Source: Actinomycetota bacterium | Lineage (GTDB): Bacteria; Actinomycetota; Acidimicrobiia; Acidimicrobiales; CAIXPF01 | Assembly: GCA_034211175.1 (NCBI GenBank) | Contig: JAXHUH010000257.1 | Location: forward strand, 5,964 to 69,963 | Direction: 5' to 3' | DNA: 64,000 nucleotides | Shown here: one piece after another, positions 18,612-27,780 of the stretch | Position numbering within the stretch: position 1 is the stretch's first letter | How the letters are laid out: every line of letters starts with the position of its first letter | The notes under the pieces: generated by a model | Seen by the model: the letters and a program-made list of their open reading frames with translations, nothing else | Told to the model about the DNA's origin: nothing | Database searches by the model: none | Made by a program: the position numbers and the translations under genes

Positions 18612-18757
18612 CCGTTCTGGTCTACACGGCCGGTGTGACGACCAGCGGTTCCGTGAGGGTGTCCGTAGACCGGAACGGGGAGGGTGCGGCGAACTGGTCT
18701 ACACGGCCGGCGTGGCGACCTGGGGTTCCGTGAGGGTGTCGGTAGACCAGAACGGGG
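18612..18757. repeat. Two direct copies (~65 bp each) of a REP-like element with inverted termini
   Basis: Copies at 18612-18680 and ~18692-18757, each CTGGTCTAC...GTAGACC(A/G)GAACGG. Confidence 0.8.
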
Positions 18758-18783
18758 TCGGGTGGGGCGGGTAGCGTCTGTCC

Positions 18784-19482
18784 GTGGCCGGGGGAGTCGA
18801 CGGAGCGCGAGGCGGGGAGTTGCCGCGGCCGGCCGCGGCGGGCGATGTCGTGCGCGAGGACGTCGAGCTGGCGGGTGGGCCGATCAGGCTGCGCCGTCCC
18901 CGCAGCCCCGACGCCATCCTCGACGAGCTCGTGGCCATGGACATCACCGACGACGCCCGGCTGCCGTTCTGGGCCGAGCTGTGGCCGAGCGGGGTGATGC
19001 TCGCCCGGGCCGTCGAGGCCCATCGGCCGCTCGGCAAGCGGGTGCTCGAGCTCGGCTGCGGCCTCGGGCTGGTGGCGATCGCCGCCGCCCGCGCCGGCGC
19101 CGACGTCGTGGCCACCGACCACTCGCCCGAGGCGATCGACGCCACGGCCGCCAACGCAGCGGTCAACGAGGTCGCGCTGCGGGCCGAGATCATGGACTTC
19201 GCCGACCCGGGTCTCGCCCTCGACGGCCGGCCGTGGGACCTCGTCCTCGCCGCCGACGTGCTCTACGAGCCGCTCAACGAGGAGCCGCTCGTGGCCCTGG
19301 TGCCCGAGCTGGTGGCCGGCGGCGCCGAGCTGTGGCTGGCCGACCCGGGCCGCCCGATGCTCGGCACCCTGCTCCACGAGCTGCGCCGCCGCGACCTCAC
19401 CGCCAACCCGATGGACCTGTCCGCGCTCGGCGCCACCGGCCCGCTCACCCGCGTCTCGATCCACCGCATCGCCGGCCCCTGA
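18784..19482 (+). CDS. SAM-dependent methyltransferase, Methyltransf_16/METTL21-like
   Basis: LPFWAELWPSG, VLELGCGLGL and LAADVLYE motifs. Confidence 0.9.
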   Translation: MAGGVDGARGGELPRPAAAGDVVREDVELAGGPIRLRRPRSPDAILDELVAMDITDDARLPFWAELWPSGVMLARAVEAHRPLGKRVLELGCGLGLVAIAAARAGADVVATDHSPEAIDATAANAAVNEVALRAEIMDFADPGLALDGRPWDLVLAADVLYEPLNEEPLVALVPELVAGGAELWLADPGRPMLGTLLHELRRRDLTANPMDLSALGATGPLTRVSIHRIAGP

Positions 19483-19522
19483 CCACCCGGGCCCGGTGTA
19501 GGTGTGCGCCGTGCGGTGCTCG

Positions 19523-19918
19523 TCAGGTGCGGCTGGTCGCGAGCCGGATCTCGGCCGAGTGGCCCGGGGCGGCGGCGAGCTTCGCGTCCGCGGTGAGCAG
19601 CGGGGTGGCGAGGATCTCGGCGAGGGCGACGAACGCGGCGTCGTAGGCGGTCACGTTGTGGCGCAGTGCCCACATCCGCTCGGTCATCGGTGCGTGGGGG
19701 TACCGCTCGATCGGCAGTTCGGCAACGGAGCGGAGCAGGTGGATACCTTCCGACGCCTCCATCGCGCCTTCCCGGGTGAGCCGCCGAACGGCGTGGACGA
19801 CCTCGACGTCGAGCAGGTGCGGCGCGTGGAGGTCGCCGTCCTCGCCCATTGCCGTCGCCGCCGGGTGGCGGGGGTCCGCGAGCGCGACGATCAGCGCCGA
19901 CGTGTCGACGACGAGCAC
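19523..19918 (-). CDS. vapC: VapC PIN-domain toxin
   Basis: VVDTSA, HAPHLLDVEV and TAYDAAFVALAE...LLTAD motifs. Confidence 0.93.
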   Translation of the reverse strand: MLVVDTSALIVALADPRHPAATAMGEDGDLHAPHLLDVEVVHAVRRLTREGAMEASEGIHLLRSVAELPIERYPHAPMTERMWALRHNVTAYDAAFVALAEILATPLLTADAKLAAAPGHSAEIRLATSRT

Positions 19919-19919
19919 G

Positions 19920-20150
19920 TCAGTCGCGGTCCCGTCCGGCCCGGACCGCAGCCACCACCTGGTCGTCGTCGAGTGTCACCGGCCGGGTGGCCGCCCGGCG
20001 GAGCACCTCGGCAACCGGTGGTCGGCTCGCGACCCGTTCGAGCTCGGCGAGCAGGTACTGGGACAGCGACAGCCCGGCTGCGGCCGCTCGCGAACGCAGC
20101 TCCCGATGGGTCTCCTCGGGGACGTCCCTGATCTGGATCGTCTTGGTCAC
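19920..20150 (-). CDS. FitA/VapB-like ribbon-helix-helix antitoxin
   Basis: IQIRDVPEETHRELRSRAAAAGLSLSQYL; directly upstream of vapC. Confidence 0.9.
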   Translation of the reverse strand: MTKTIQIRDVPEETHRELRSRAAAAGLSLSQYLLAELERVASRPPVAEVLRRAATRPVTLDDDQVVAAVRAGRDRD

Positions 20151-20202
20151 ACGGCAAGGCTACACCCGAGATGCATGTGCGACATGCACATTGGGTGTGT
20201 GC

Positions 20203-21039
20203 TCAGGGTGATGTCGGGTCGTCACGGGGCTCGAGCGTCTCGAGGTCGGTGCAGTGGACCAGCTCGAGCTCGGGGACGGCGCCGACGCCGGCGCACTCGA
20301 TGACGGTCGTGTCGTCCACCGCGAAGCCGAACGCCCAGCCGTCGAGCATGGCGAGCGCCCGCGCTTCGTGGGCCCGCCCGTCGAACGGGACCGTGATCGT
20401 GCCGATCTCGACGATGGTTCGCCACGAGCGACCGATCTCGTCGATGTCCTCGCCGCCGAGGACGCCGATCATGACGGCCAGGTGCTCGTCGTCGACGATC
20501 AGCCCGGCCGGGTCGGACGTCGTGTGGACGCGCACGGGGTCGCCGCCGTCGTGCTCGACGACGACGGCGATCGAGCCCGCGCCGGTGGCCGGCCCCGTGA
20601 AGCGGAGCTCGGCCGGCCGATCGGCGAGGCGGGCGACCGTGAGCCAGCCGTTGCGCACGCCGTCGACGGCGCACCGCCGCCACACGGCCACCTCCTCGGG
20701 GGCGATCCGGCGCTGGCTGAGCCCGGCGATGCGGGAACGCCACGCCTGCTCCTCGTCCGTGTCGCCGGCCGTGGTCCACGCGTCGGCGGCGCTCTCCCAC
20801 TCCTGGCCCAGGTGCACGAGGTCCCGGACGCGCAGGTCGAGCACCGCCTCGGCCTCGTCGTCGTCGAAGCCGAACCGCTCGTTGAGCGTTCGCCGGACCG
20901 TGTCCTCGTCCTCGGCCGACCGTGCGAGCCCACCGATCGACGACCACTCCTCCAGGGCGCGCCAGCGGGCGTCGGAGGTCGGGGCGCGTCGAGCCATGTC
21001 GTAGACGGTAGTGAGCCATCTCTCGATGCGGCGCTCCAA
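20203..21039 (-). CDS. Hypothetical protein with a GyrA/ParC C-gate-like N-terminal segment
   Basis: Typical codon bias, GAGG RBS; ERFGFDDDEAEAVLDLRVRDL resembles GyrA RFGLSxxQAxAILDMRLxRL. Confidence 0.7.
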   Translation of the reverse strand: MERRIERWLTTVYDMARRAPTSDARWRALEEWSSIGGLARSAEDEDTVRRTLNERFGFDDDEAEAVLDLRVRDLVHLGQEWESAADAWTTAGDTDEEQAWRSRIAGLSQRRIAPEEVAVWRRCAVDGVRNGWLTVARLADRPAELRFTGPATGAGSIAVVVEHDGGDPVRVHTTSDPAGLIVDDEHLAVMIGVLGGEDIDEIGRSWRTIVEIGTITVPFDGRAHEARALAMLDGWAFGFAVDDTTVIECAGVGAVPELELVHCTDLETLEPRDDPTSP

Positions 21040-21150
21040 TCTCCCTCAGAGATGGGGAACCGGCTGCGCAGGGTGCGCTCGTCACGACACCGGGCGAGTC
21101 ACCCGCGTGGGGTGAGGTGCCCGGCGGACCGCCGCCGAAGACTGCACGCG

Positions 21151-21336
21151 ATGATCCGAGCCCTCCTCGTCTTCGCCGCCGTCTTCCTCATCGCGACCTT
21201 CCCGGCCACGTGGCTGCTGATGCTGTTCCTCGGCAACCTGGGGCTCGGGATGTCCTACTGGGCCACGCTGCCCCTCGGGATCCTCGTGTCGTCCCTGCTC
21301 GGCGCGTCGACCAGCCCCGCCCGGATGATGCGCTGA
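21151..21336 (+). CDS. Small two-TM membrane protein (61 aa)
   Basis: MIRALLVFAAVFLIATFPATWLLMLFLGNLG...; hydrophobic, strong GC3 bias. Confidence 0.7.
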   Translation: MIRALLVFAAVFLIATFPATWLLMLFLGNLGLGMSYWATLPLGILVSSLLGASTSPARMMR

Positions 21337-21367
21337 GCCCCCTTCACGGGTCGAGTAGCGTCACGCC

Positions 21368-23494
21368 ATGACCCCCGAGCGGGCACGGAGGGTGAGGCTC
21401 AGAGGTATCCGCACGTCGATGGCGACGCGCCTCGCCGCGACGATCGTCGCCGTGAGCCTCGTCTCGCTCGGCGCCGCCGCGGTCGTCGGCGCGATCACCG
21501 GGGTCGAGCTCGGCCGCGACCTCGGCGACGACCGGCTCGTGGCGCTGCGCGAGTCGGGTGCCCGCGACGTCGCGTCGTACACGCTCGCCCTCCGACGCAG
21601 CAGCGAGACGCTCGCCGCGAGTCCCCAGGCGGCCGCGGCGATCGAGGCGTTCAGCGTCGGGTTCGACGAGCTCGAGGGCACCGCCGAGGTCACGGCCGAG
21701 CAGCGCGACGAGGTGATCGAGCACCATCGCGAGACCTACGTCGAGCCGCTCGCCGAGGCGGGCCGCGACGTCGAGATCCGCGACGTCGTCGTCGAGGACC
21801 CCGCAGCGCTCCACCTGCAGTACCGCTACGCGGTGGACCTGGGGGTGGTCGACGAGGCCGAGGCGCTCGACGACGCCCGGGACGCCACCCCCTGGACGGA
21901 GGCCCACGCCCGGGTCCATCCGGTCTACCGCGACGTCGTCGAGCGGCGCGACCTGCTCGACCTGCTCCTCGTCCGGGCGGACGACGCCACGGTCGTCTAC
22001 TCGGTGGCCAAGCATCCCGAGCTCGGCACCAGCCTCTCCGTCGGGCCCTTCGGCGGCTCGCCCGTGGCCGCGGCGGCGAACCAGGCGATCGGCGACCCCG
22101 ACGGCGGCGTGGTGATCACCGACGTCGGCTTCTACGACGCCGTGCCCGGTGTCCCGGTCGTCGCGGCCGGCGCGCCGGTGGTCCAGGATGGCGAGCTCTA
22201 CGGCGCGATCGTCCTGCTGGTCGACGCCCGCGACCTCACCGACCTCCTCACCGCCGACCAGTCGTGGGACTCCGCCGGGTTCCCGCCCACCGGTCAGACC
22301 TACCTGGTCGGTGCGGACAGCCGGCTGCGCAGCGAGCCCCGCGGCTACCTCGAGGACCCGGTCGCGTTCCTCGACGACGCCGTGGCGGCGGCCTCGCTGA
22401 GCGAGGCGGACCGGGAGGAGATCGACGCGGTCGGCACGCCCGTCCTCCTCGTGCGCGTGCCCGACGAGGCGTTCAACGCCGCGGTCGCCGGGGACGTCGC
22501 CGTCGACCGCCGCCCGACGATCGACGGGGTCGACGGCTACGGCACGGTCGGCCGGGTGCCGAGCGACGACGTCGAGTGGTGGGTCGTCTCGGAGGTCGAC
22601 GCCGAGGCCGTGGAGGCCGACCTGATCGGCTTCCAGGAGCTGCTGGTCGTCGGGACCGCGGCGTTCGTGGTGATCTTCGCGTTCGTGGCGGTGGCGTGGG
22701 CCAACCGCACGCTCGAACCGATCCGCCGCCTCAGCGCCTGGCTCTCCGACGACGGGCCCCCGGTCGAGCTCGACCGGCGCAGCCCCCGGGAGTTCCGCGA
22801 GCTGACCGAGAGCTTCGAGGCGATGTCGTCCGCGCTCGCCGCCGAGGAGGCCGACCTGTCCGCGGCGCGTGCCCGCCGCCTGGCGCTGCTCCACCGCATG
22901 CTCCCGCCGACCGTTGCCGCCCGGGTCGCCGCCGGCGAGACCCAGCCGTTCGACGAGGCACCCAAGGCAACCGTCGGGGTCCTGCTCGTCGGCGGGCTCG
23001 GCGACCTCGTCCGCCACGACGGCGACGCCGGGCGACAGGTGGTGACCCGGCTCCACACCGAGCTCGGGGAGCTGGCCGAGCGCCACGGCGTCGACCGGGT
23101 GAAGGTGCTGGGCGACGCCTACGTCGTCGCCTGTGGTCACGACCGGGCGCTGATCGACCATGCGCCGCGGGTCGTCGCCTTCGCGGCCGACGCCCAGGAC
23201 GCGGTGCGGGAACTGGGCCGCGACACCGCCGCGAACCTCGACATCTCCGCCGGGATCAGCACCGGCCCGGTCGTCGGGGGCATGGCCGGGGGGTCACGCC
23301 TCGTCTACGACGTGTGGGGTGAGACGGTCACGGTGGCGCACCAGCTCGCCCGGCGGGCGCCCGCCGGCGAGATCCTGGCGACCGAGGAGACGCGGGTGAT
23401 GCTCCCCGCCGCGATCGAGATGTCGGCCCTCGACCTCGAGGGTGGACCGCCCGCGTGGCGCGTGGCCACCGCGACCGTCGGGGGGCCGGCGTGA
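21368..23494 (+). CDS. TM-Cache-like sensor-TM-HAMP-class III nucleotide cyclase-like protein (degenerate catalytic motifs)
   Basis: LLHRMLPPTVA, RVKVLGDAYVV, GISTGPVVGG and YDVWGETV motifs. Confidence 0.88.
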   Translation: MTPERARRVRLRGIRTSMATRLAATIVAVSLVSLGAAAVVGAITGVELGRDLGDDRLVALRESGARDVASYTLALRRSSETLAASPQAAAAIEAFSVGFDELEGTAEVTAEQRDEVIEHHRETYVEPLAEAGRDVEIRDVVVEDPAALHLQYRYAVDLGVVDEAEALDDARDATPWTEAHARVHPVYRDVVERRDLLDLLLVRADDATVVYSVAKHPELGTSLSVGPFGGSPVAAAANQAIGDPDGGVVITDVGFYDAVPGVPVVAAGAPVVQDGELYGAIVLLVDARDLTDLLTADQSWDSAGFPPTGQTYLVGADSRLRSEPRGYLEDPVAFLDDAVAAASLSEADREEIDAVGTPVLLVRVPDEAFNAAVAGDVAVDRRPTIDGVDGYGTVGRVPSDDVEWWVVSEVDAEAVEADLIGFQELLVVGTAAFVVIFAFVAVAWANRTLEPIRRLSAWLSDDGPPVELDRRSPREFRELTESFEAMSSALAAEEADLSAARARRLALLHRMLPPTVAARVAAGETQPFDEAPKATVGVLLVGGLGDLVRHDGDAGRQVVTRLHTELGELAERHGVDRVKVLGDAYVVACGHDRALIDHAPRVVAFAADAQDAVRELGRDTAANLDISAGISTGPVVGGMAGGSRLVYDVWGETVTVAHQLARRAPAGEILATEETRVMLPAAIEMSALDLEGGPPAWRVATATVGGPA

Positions 23495-24990
23495 TCGCGC
23501 TCGCGGAGAACAGCGGCACGTGGGCGGCGGTCGTGATCGTGGCCGTGCCTGCCCTCGTCATCGCCGCCTCGGAGCTCGACGAGCGGCTGCGCCAACGCGA
23601 CTCCCCCCTGCGGGCCGCGGTGGCCACGGTGCGCAACTGGGTGCTGCCGCTGTTCGCGCTGTGGGCGCTGCTCGTGCCCGTCCTCGACGCCGATCGGGAC
23701 GCCCCGGCCGTGCGGATCACGGCAACGGCGTTCGTCCTGGCGCTCGCCTGGGCCACCCTGCAGCTGTTCCGCATCGCGGTCGGGGTCATCCAGCGCCGTC
23801 ACCTCGCCCGTGATCGCCAGCCGCTGCCCCAGCTCCTGCTCGCGCTGCCACGCCTGCTCGTCCTCCTCGTGGTCGCCTGGCTGCTCGTCGGCGTCGTCTG
23901 GGGCATCGACCTCTCCGCCGCGCTGACCGCGCTCGGCGTGACGTCGCTCGTGGTCTCGTTCGCCCTGCAGGAGACCCTGAGCGGCCTCGCCTCGGGCGTG
24001 CTCCTGCTCGGTGACCAGCCGTTCCAGCCCGGTGACTGGATCAGCACCGACGACACCGAGGGCGTCGTCGTCGACGTGAACTGGCGGACGTCGCGCCTGA
24101 AGGACCGCAACGGCGACATGGTCACCGTGCCCAACAGCGCCATGGCCAACGCCAAGATCGTCAACTACTCCCGCCCCGCCCGCCTCCACCGCGTGGTGGT
24201 GCCGGTCCAGGTGGCGTTCTCGAACCCGCCGACGTTGGCGAAGGCGATGCTGCTCGACGCGGCCCGGGGCACCGACGGCGTGCTCACCGAGCCGCCCCCG
24301 GCCGTCCGCGTCGTCCAGATCGACGACCCGCTCATGGGCTACGAGGTCGACATGTGGATCGACGACTACGGGATCGCCCCCCGGGTCCGCAGCGACTTCG
24401 GCAGCCTCGTCTGGTACCAGTCGCACCGCCACGACGTCCCCCTCCCGAGCCCGGCCCAGGACCTGTACCTCTACGACGGTCCCGAGACGTCCACCGCCGG
24501 GGCGCCCGCGGTCGGTGAGCTCCGCCGGGGCATCGAGCAGTCCCCGCTCCTCGGCTTCCTCGCCGACGAGGACGTCGACCGCCTGGCGCAGGCGAGCCGG
24601 CCGTTGCGCTACGCGGTCGGCGAGCAGATCCTCGACGCCCGGCGGGCCGGGCGGGACCTCGTCCTGCTCGCGGAGGGTCGTGCGGTGATCGCGCTCGTGG
24701 ACGACGACGGCGCCGGCGTCCGCACCGAGACCGTGGTCGGCGAGCTGACGGCGGGTGAGTCGATCACCTCGCTCGGCGACGTCGGCGAGGACCGCCACCT
24801 CGTCGTCCGGGCGGTCTCGGACTGCGACGTGCTGGTGATCGACGCCGACGTGATCGGTGAGCTCGGCAGCCGGAACACCGAGCTCGCGGCGGCGTTCAAC
24901 CGCCTCAGCTCGATCCGCCGGCGCCGCATCGACCGGATCGTCGAGCAGCGGTCGGCGCGCAACGGCGCGCAGGAGCCCGCCGAGCGATGA
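23491..24990 (+). CDS. MscS-family channel with C-terminal cyclic-nucleotide-binding-like domain
   Basis: FALQETLSGLASG, PFQPGDWI, VTVPNS motifs; C-terminal VRAVSDCDVLVID CNBD fold; translationally coupled on both sides. Confidence 0.9.
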   Translation: MIALAENSGTWAAVVIVAVPALVIAASELDERLRQRDSPLRAAVATVRNWVLPLFALWALLVPVLDADRDAPAVRITATAFVLALAWATLQLFRIAVGVIQRRHLARDRQPLPQLLLALPRLLVLLVVAWLLVGVVWGIDLSAALTALGVTSLVVSFALQETLSGLASGVLLLGDQPFQPGDWISTDDTEGVVVDVNWRTSRLKDRNGDMVTVPNSAMANAKIVNYSRPARLHRVVVPVQVAFSNPPTLAKAMLLDAARGTDGVLTEPPPAVRVVQIDDPLMGYEVDMWIDDYGIAPRVRSDFGSLVWYQSHRHDVPLPSPAQDLYLYDGPETSTAGAPAVGELRRGIEQSPLLGFLADEDVDRLAQASRPLRYAVGEQILDARRAGRDLVLLAEGRAVIALVDDDGAGVRTETVVGELTAGESITSLGDVGEDRHLVVRAVSDCDVLVIDADVIGELGSRNTELAAAFNRLSSIRRRRIDRIVEQRSARNGAQEPAER

Positions 24991-27266
24991 GCACCGACGC
25001 CGCGCCCCGCAACGACGAGCCCGCCGTCGATCGGACCGCGCCGCCAGCCGGTGGGACGACCGGGCCCGGTGACGACTCGCCGGCCGCTCCGGCGACGGCG
25101 GACACCGCGGTGCCGGGCGCGGACACCGCCGCAGCCACCTCCGGGGCCACGCCGACCCGTCGGGGGCGCCGGGGCGGGCTGCGTCGACGCATCGCGGTGG
25201 CGCTCGTGCTCGCGGCCGTCGTGTCACTCGTCTTCGTGGCGGCGCTCAACTTCTTCGGGGCGCTCCGGCTGCTCCTGAACGGCAACGAGGACCGGCTCGT
25301 CGCGGTGGGTGAGAGCCGGGCCGCCAGCATCGAGCAGGGCATCGACCGGGTGCTCGACAACGTCTCGGTCGCGGCCGCCGACCTCGCGGTCGCCCTCGCG
25401 CTCGAGGGCTTCGGCGAGACCTTCTCCGAGCTCGACGACGAGCCGCTCGAACCGCGGCAGCTGGCCGAGCTCGAGGACGCGTACGGCGAGCTGGTCGTGG
25501 ACGCGGTGGCCGACGCCGGCCTCGAACCGGTGACGGTCGACGAGACGATGCCGGCGTCCGACGCCGGACGCTACGTCCAGTACCACTACGGGCTCGGCGC
25601 CGCGGCCCGGGGCGAGCGCGACCTCGACCTCGCGGACGCCGGCGACGGCTCGGACTACAGCGAGCTGCGGTCGGCGTTCCATCCCTACCTGGCGTCGCTC
25701 GTGGCGACGATGCAGCTGGGCGACCTCCTCCTCGTCGACGCCGACACCGCGGACGTCGTCTACTCGGCGCAGGGCAGGATCGACGTCGGGACGAACCTGC
25801 GCGACGGCCCGTTCGCCGACACCGCGCTGGCCCGGGCCGTGCTCGACGACCTGTCGAACACGCGGGTCGGCGAGACGGTCATCGCCGACTACGAGCGCTA
25901 CCTGCCGGGCGGCGGTCGGCCCGTGCTGTTCGCCGCCTCGGCCGTGCGCAGCGGCACCGAGATCGTCGGGGCCCTCGTCGCCGAGCTGCCGGTCGAGGCG
26001 CTGACCAACATCACGACCGCCGGCGGCGCCTGGGAGCAGATCGGCCTCGACGAGGGCGAGGCCTACGTCGTCGGCCCCGACCTGCTCCTGCGCAGCGAGA
26101 GCCGGCGCTGGATCGAGGACCCCGAGGGGTACCTCGAGGCGATCGACGGCGAGGAGCACGCGTCGCTGGTCGAGGTGTTCGAGTCGCCGGTCGGGCTCCA
26201 GGTCGTCGACACCGAGCCCGTCACCGAGGCGCTCGACGGGCACACGTTCTCCGGTGTGGCCACCGACTACCTGGGCGAGGCGACGTTCAGCTACGCCCGT
26301 CTCCTCGACGTCGCCGGCCTGCAGTGGGCGGTGGTGGTCGACGAGCCGATCGCGTCGGCCCGGGCCCCGTTCGCGGAGTACTTCCGCCGGCTCGGGCTCG
26401 TCGTGGCCATCATCGTGCCGCTCGTGGTCGTCCTCGGCATCGTCCTGGCCGACCGCCTGGCCCGGCGCATCCCGGCGATGGTCCGCGCCGCGCACGAGGT
26501 GGCGGCCGGTGAGCGCGACCCGGACGTGGGCACGCAGGTCAACGACGAGCTCGGCGACCTCGGCCGCCGGTTGCGACGCCTCGCCGCCGACCTCGGTCGC
26601 CGGGAGGCGCAGCTCGCGGCCGAGTACGAGCGGCGCCGAGAGCTGCTGGCCACCGTGTTGCCGGAGCGGATCGTCGACGCGGTCGACTCCGACCGCTACT
26701 CGGCCGCCGAGGGCGACCTGGTCGACGTCGGCACGGTCATCGCCGTGCGGGTCGTGCTCGACGACGCCGGCGGCGCACCCGACGACGTCGACGTCGGCGA
26801 GTTGCTCGCGGAGGACGCACGCTTCGCCGAGTCGTTGGCCCACGAGCGCGGCATCGAGCGGATCCGGGCCGACGCCGACCGCTACCTGTTCGTCGCCGGG
26901 GCCGGCCGGGACGAGGCCGGGGCCGACGACGCGCTGGCCTATGCGACCGACCTGTCGGCCGCGGTCGCCGAGGTCGCGGCGCGCGAGCAGGTGACCATGT
27001 CCGTGAGCGTCGGCCTGGCGACCGGTTCGGTCGCGATGGGCGTCGTCGGCGCCGGCGGGCTCACGTTCGCGGCCTGGGGCGAGCCCGTGCGACAGGCCCT
27101 CGCCGTCTGTGCGCTGGCCGCCGGCGGGCAGGTCCTCCTCGACCGCAGCGCGGCCGATGCCCTCACCTCCGACGACTGGCGGCTCGAGGAGGCGGAGGAG
27201 CTGGTCGACGTCGACGGCCGGCCGATGGCGCTCCTGGCGGCGGTCGCCGCCGAGTCGACCACCTGA
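24987..27266 (+). CDS. Second TM-Cache-like sensor-TM-HAMP-cyclase-like protein (degenerate)
   Basis: Paralogous sensor (HPYL...LLLVD..VVYS...GTNLRDGPF); HAMP DELGDLG; LLATVLPERIV; VGLATGSVAMG; AWGEPV. Confidence 0.85.
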   Translation: MSTDAAPRNDEPAVDRTAPPAGGTTGPGDDSPAAPATADTAVPGADTAAATSGATPTRRGRRGGLRRRIAVALVLAAVVSLVFVAALNFFGALRLLLNGNEDRLVAVGESRAASIEQGIDRVLDNVSVAAADLAVALALEGFGETFSELDDEPLEPRQLAELEDAYGELVVDAVADAGLEPVTVDETMPASDAGRYVQYHYGLGAAARGERDLDLADAGDGSDYSELRSAFHPYLASLVATMQLGDLLLVDADTADVVYSAQGRIDVGTNLRDGPFADTALARAVLDDLSNTRVGETVIADYERYLPGGGRPVLFAASAVRSGTEIVGALVAELPVEALTNITTAGGAWEQIGLDEGEAYVVGPDLLLRSESRRWIEDPEGYLEAIDGEEHASLVEVFESPVGLQVVDTEPVTEALDGHTFSGVATDYLGEATFSYARLLDVAGLQWAVVVDEPIASARAPFAEYFRRLGLVVAIIVPLVVVLGIVLADRLARRIPAMVRAAHEVAAGERDPDVGTQVNDELGDLGRRLRRLAADLGRREAQLAAEYERRRELLATVLPERIVDAVDSDRYSAAEGDLVDVGTVIAVRVVLDDAGGAPDDVDVGELLAEDARFAESLAHERGIERIRADADRYLFVAGAGRDEAGADDALAYATDLSAAVAEVAAREQVTMSVSVGLATGSVAMGVVGAGGLTFAAWGEPVRQALAVCALAAGGQVLLDRSAADALTSDDWRLEEAEELVDVDGRPMALLAAVAAESTT

Positions 27267-27287
27267 CCGATCCGACCCGAGCCCGCC

Positions 27288-27662
27288 TCAGCGCAGCAGG
27301 CGACGCAGCACGCGGGTCACGAGGAACGCCACCGCGACGATGGTCACCGCGACCTTGGTCGGGTCGACCGCCGGCTCCCAGGTGACGTCGCCGTCGCGGA
27401 TCACGTAGGCGCCGACCGGGCGGGCCGTCACCCCGAACCCGAGACCTCCGCCGGAACCCTCCTCCTCGGTCGGCCCCTGGCCCTGCCCGCCCCCTCCGCC
27501 GCCGCCGCCACGCAGCGAGACCACCGGGACAACGGTCACGCCGCCGCGCTCGATGGGCTCGCCCACGACGCGCTCGACGGTGAGGATCTCCCGGACCCGG
27601 GCGCCCAGGGTCTCGAGGCCGGGCGGGAACCCGCCGGTGGTGTGGTCCTCGGTGAGGGTCAT
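27288..27662 (-). CDS. YtfJ/GerW-family protein
   Basis: VVGEPIERGGVTVVPV, Gly-rich GGGGG segment, PVGAYVIRDGDV. Confidence 0.85.
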   Translation of the reverse strand: MTLTEDHTTGGFPPGLETLGARVREILTVERVVGEPIERGGVTVVPVVSLRGGGGGGGGQGQGPTEEEGSGGGLGFGVTARPVGAYVIRDGDVTWEPAVDPTKVAVTIVAVAFLVTRVLRRLLR

Positions 27663-27780
27663 CTGCTCGCTCCTCGCGCTCGATCGCCCGCTGGGAACGA
27701 ACGTAGTGCGAGGTCGCGTCCGGCCGGCGTGGTGGGCGGCCGACGGGCGAAGCCGGCGCGGATCGCTCAAAGTGTGCGGC

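Noticed and set aside
18612-18757. Possible CRISPR array
   Set aside because: Only two imperfect ~65-bp units with an ~11-bp gap, no unique spacers and no cas genes
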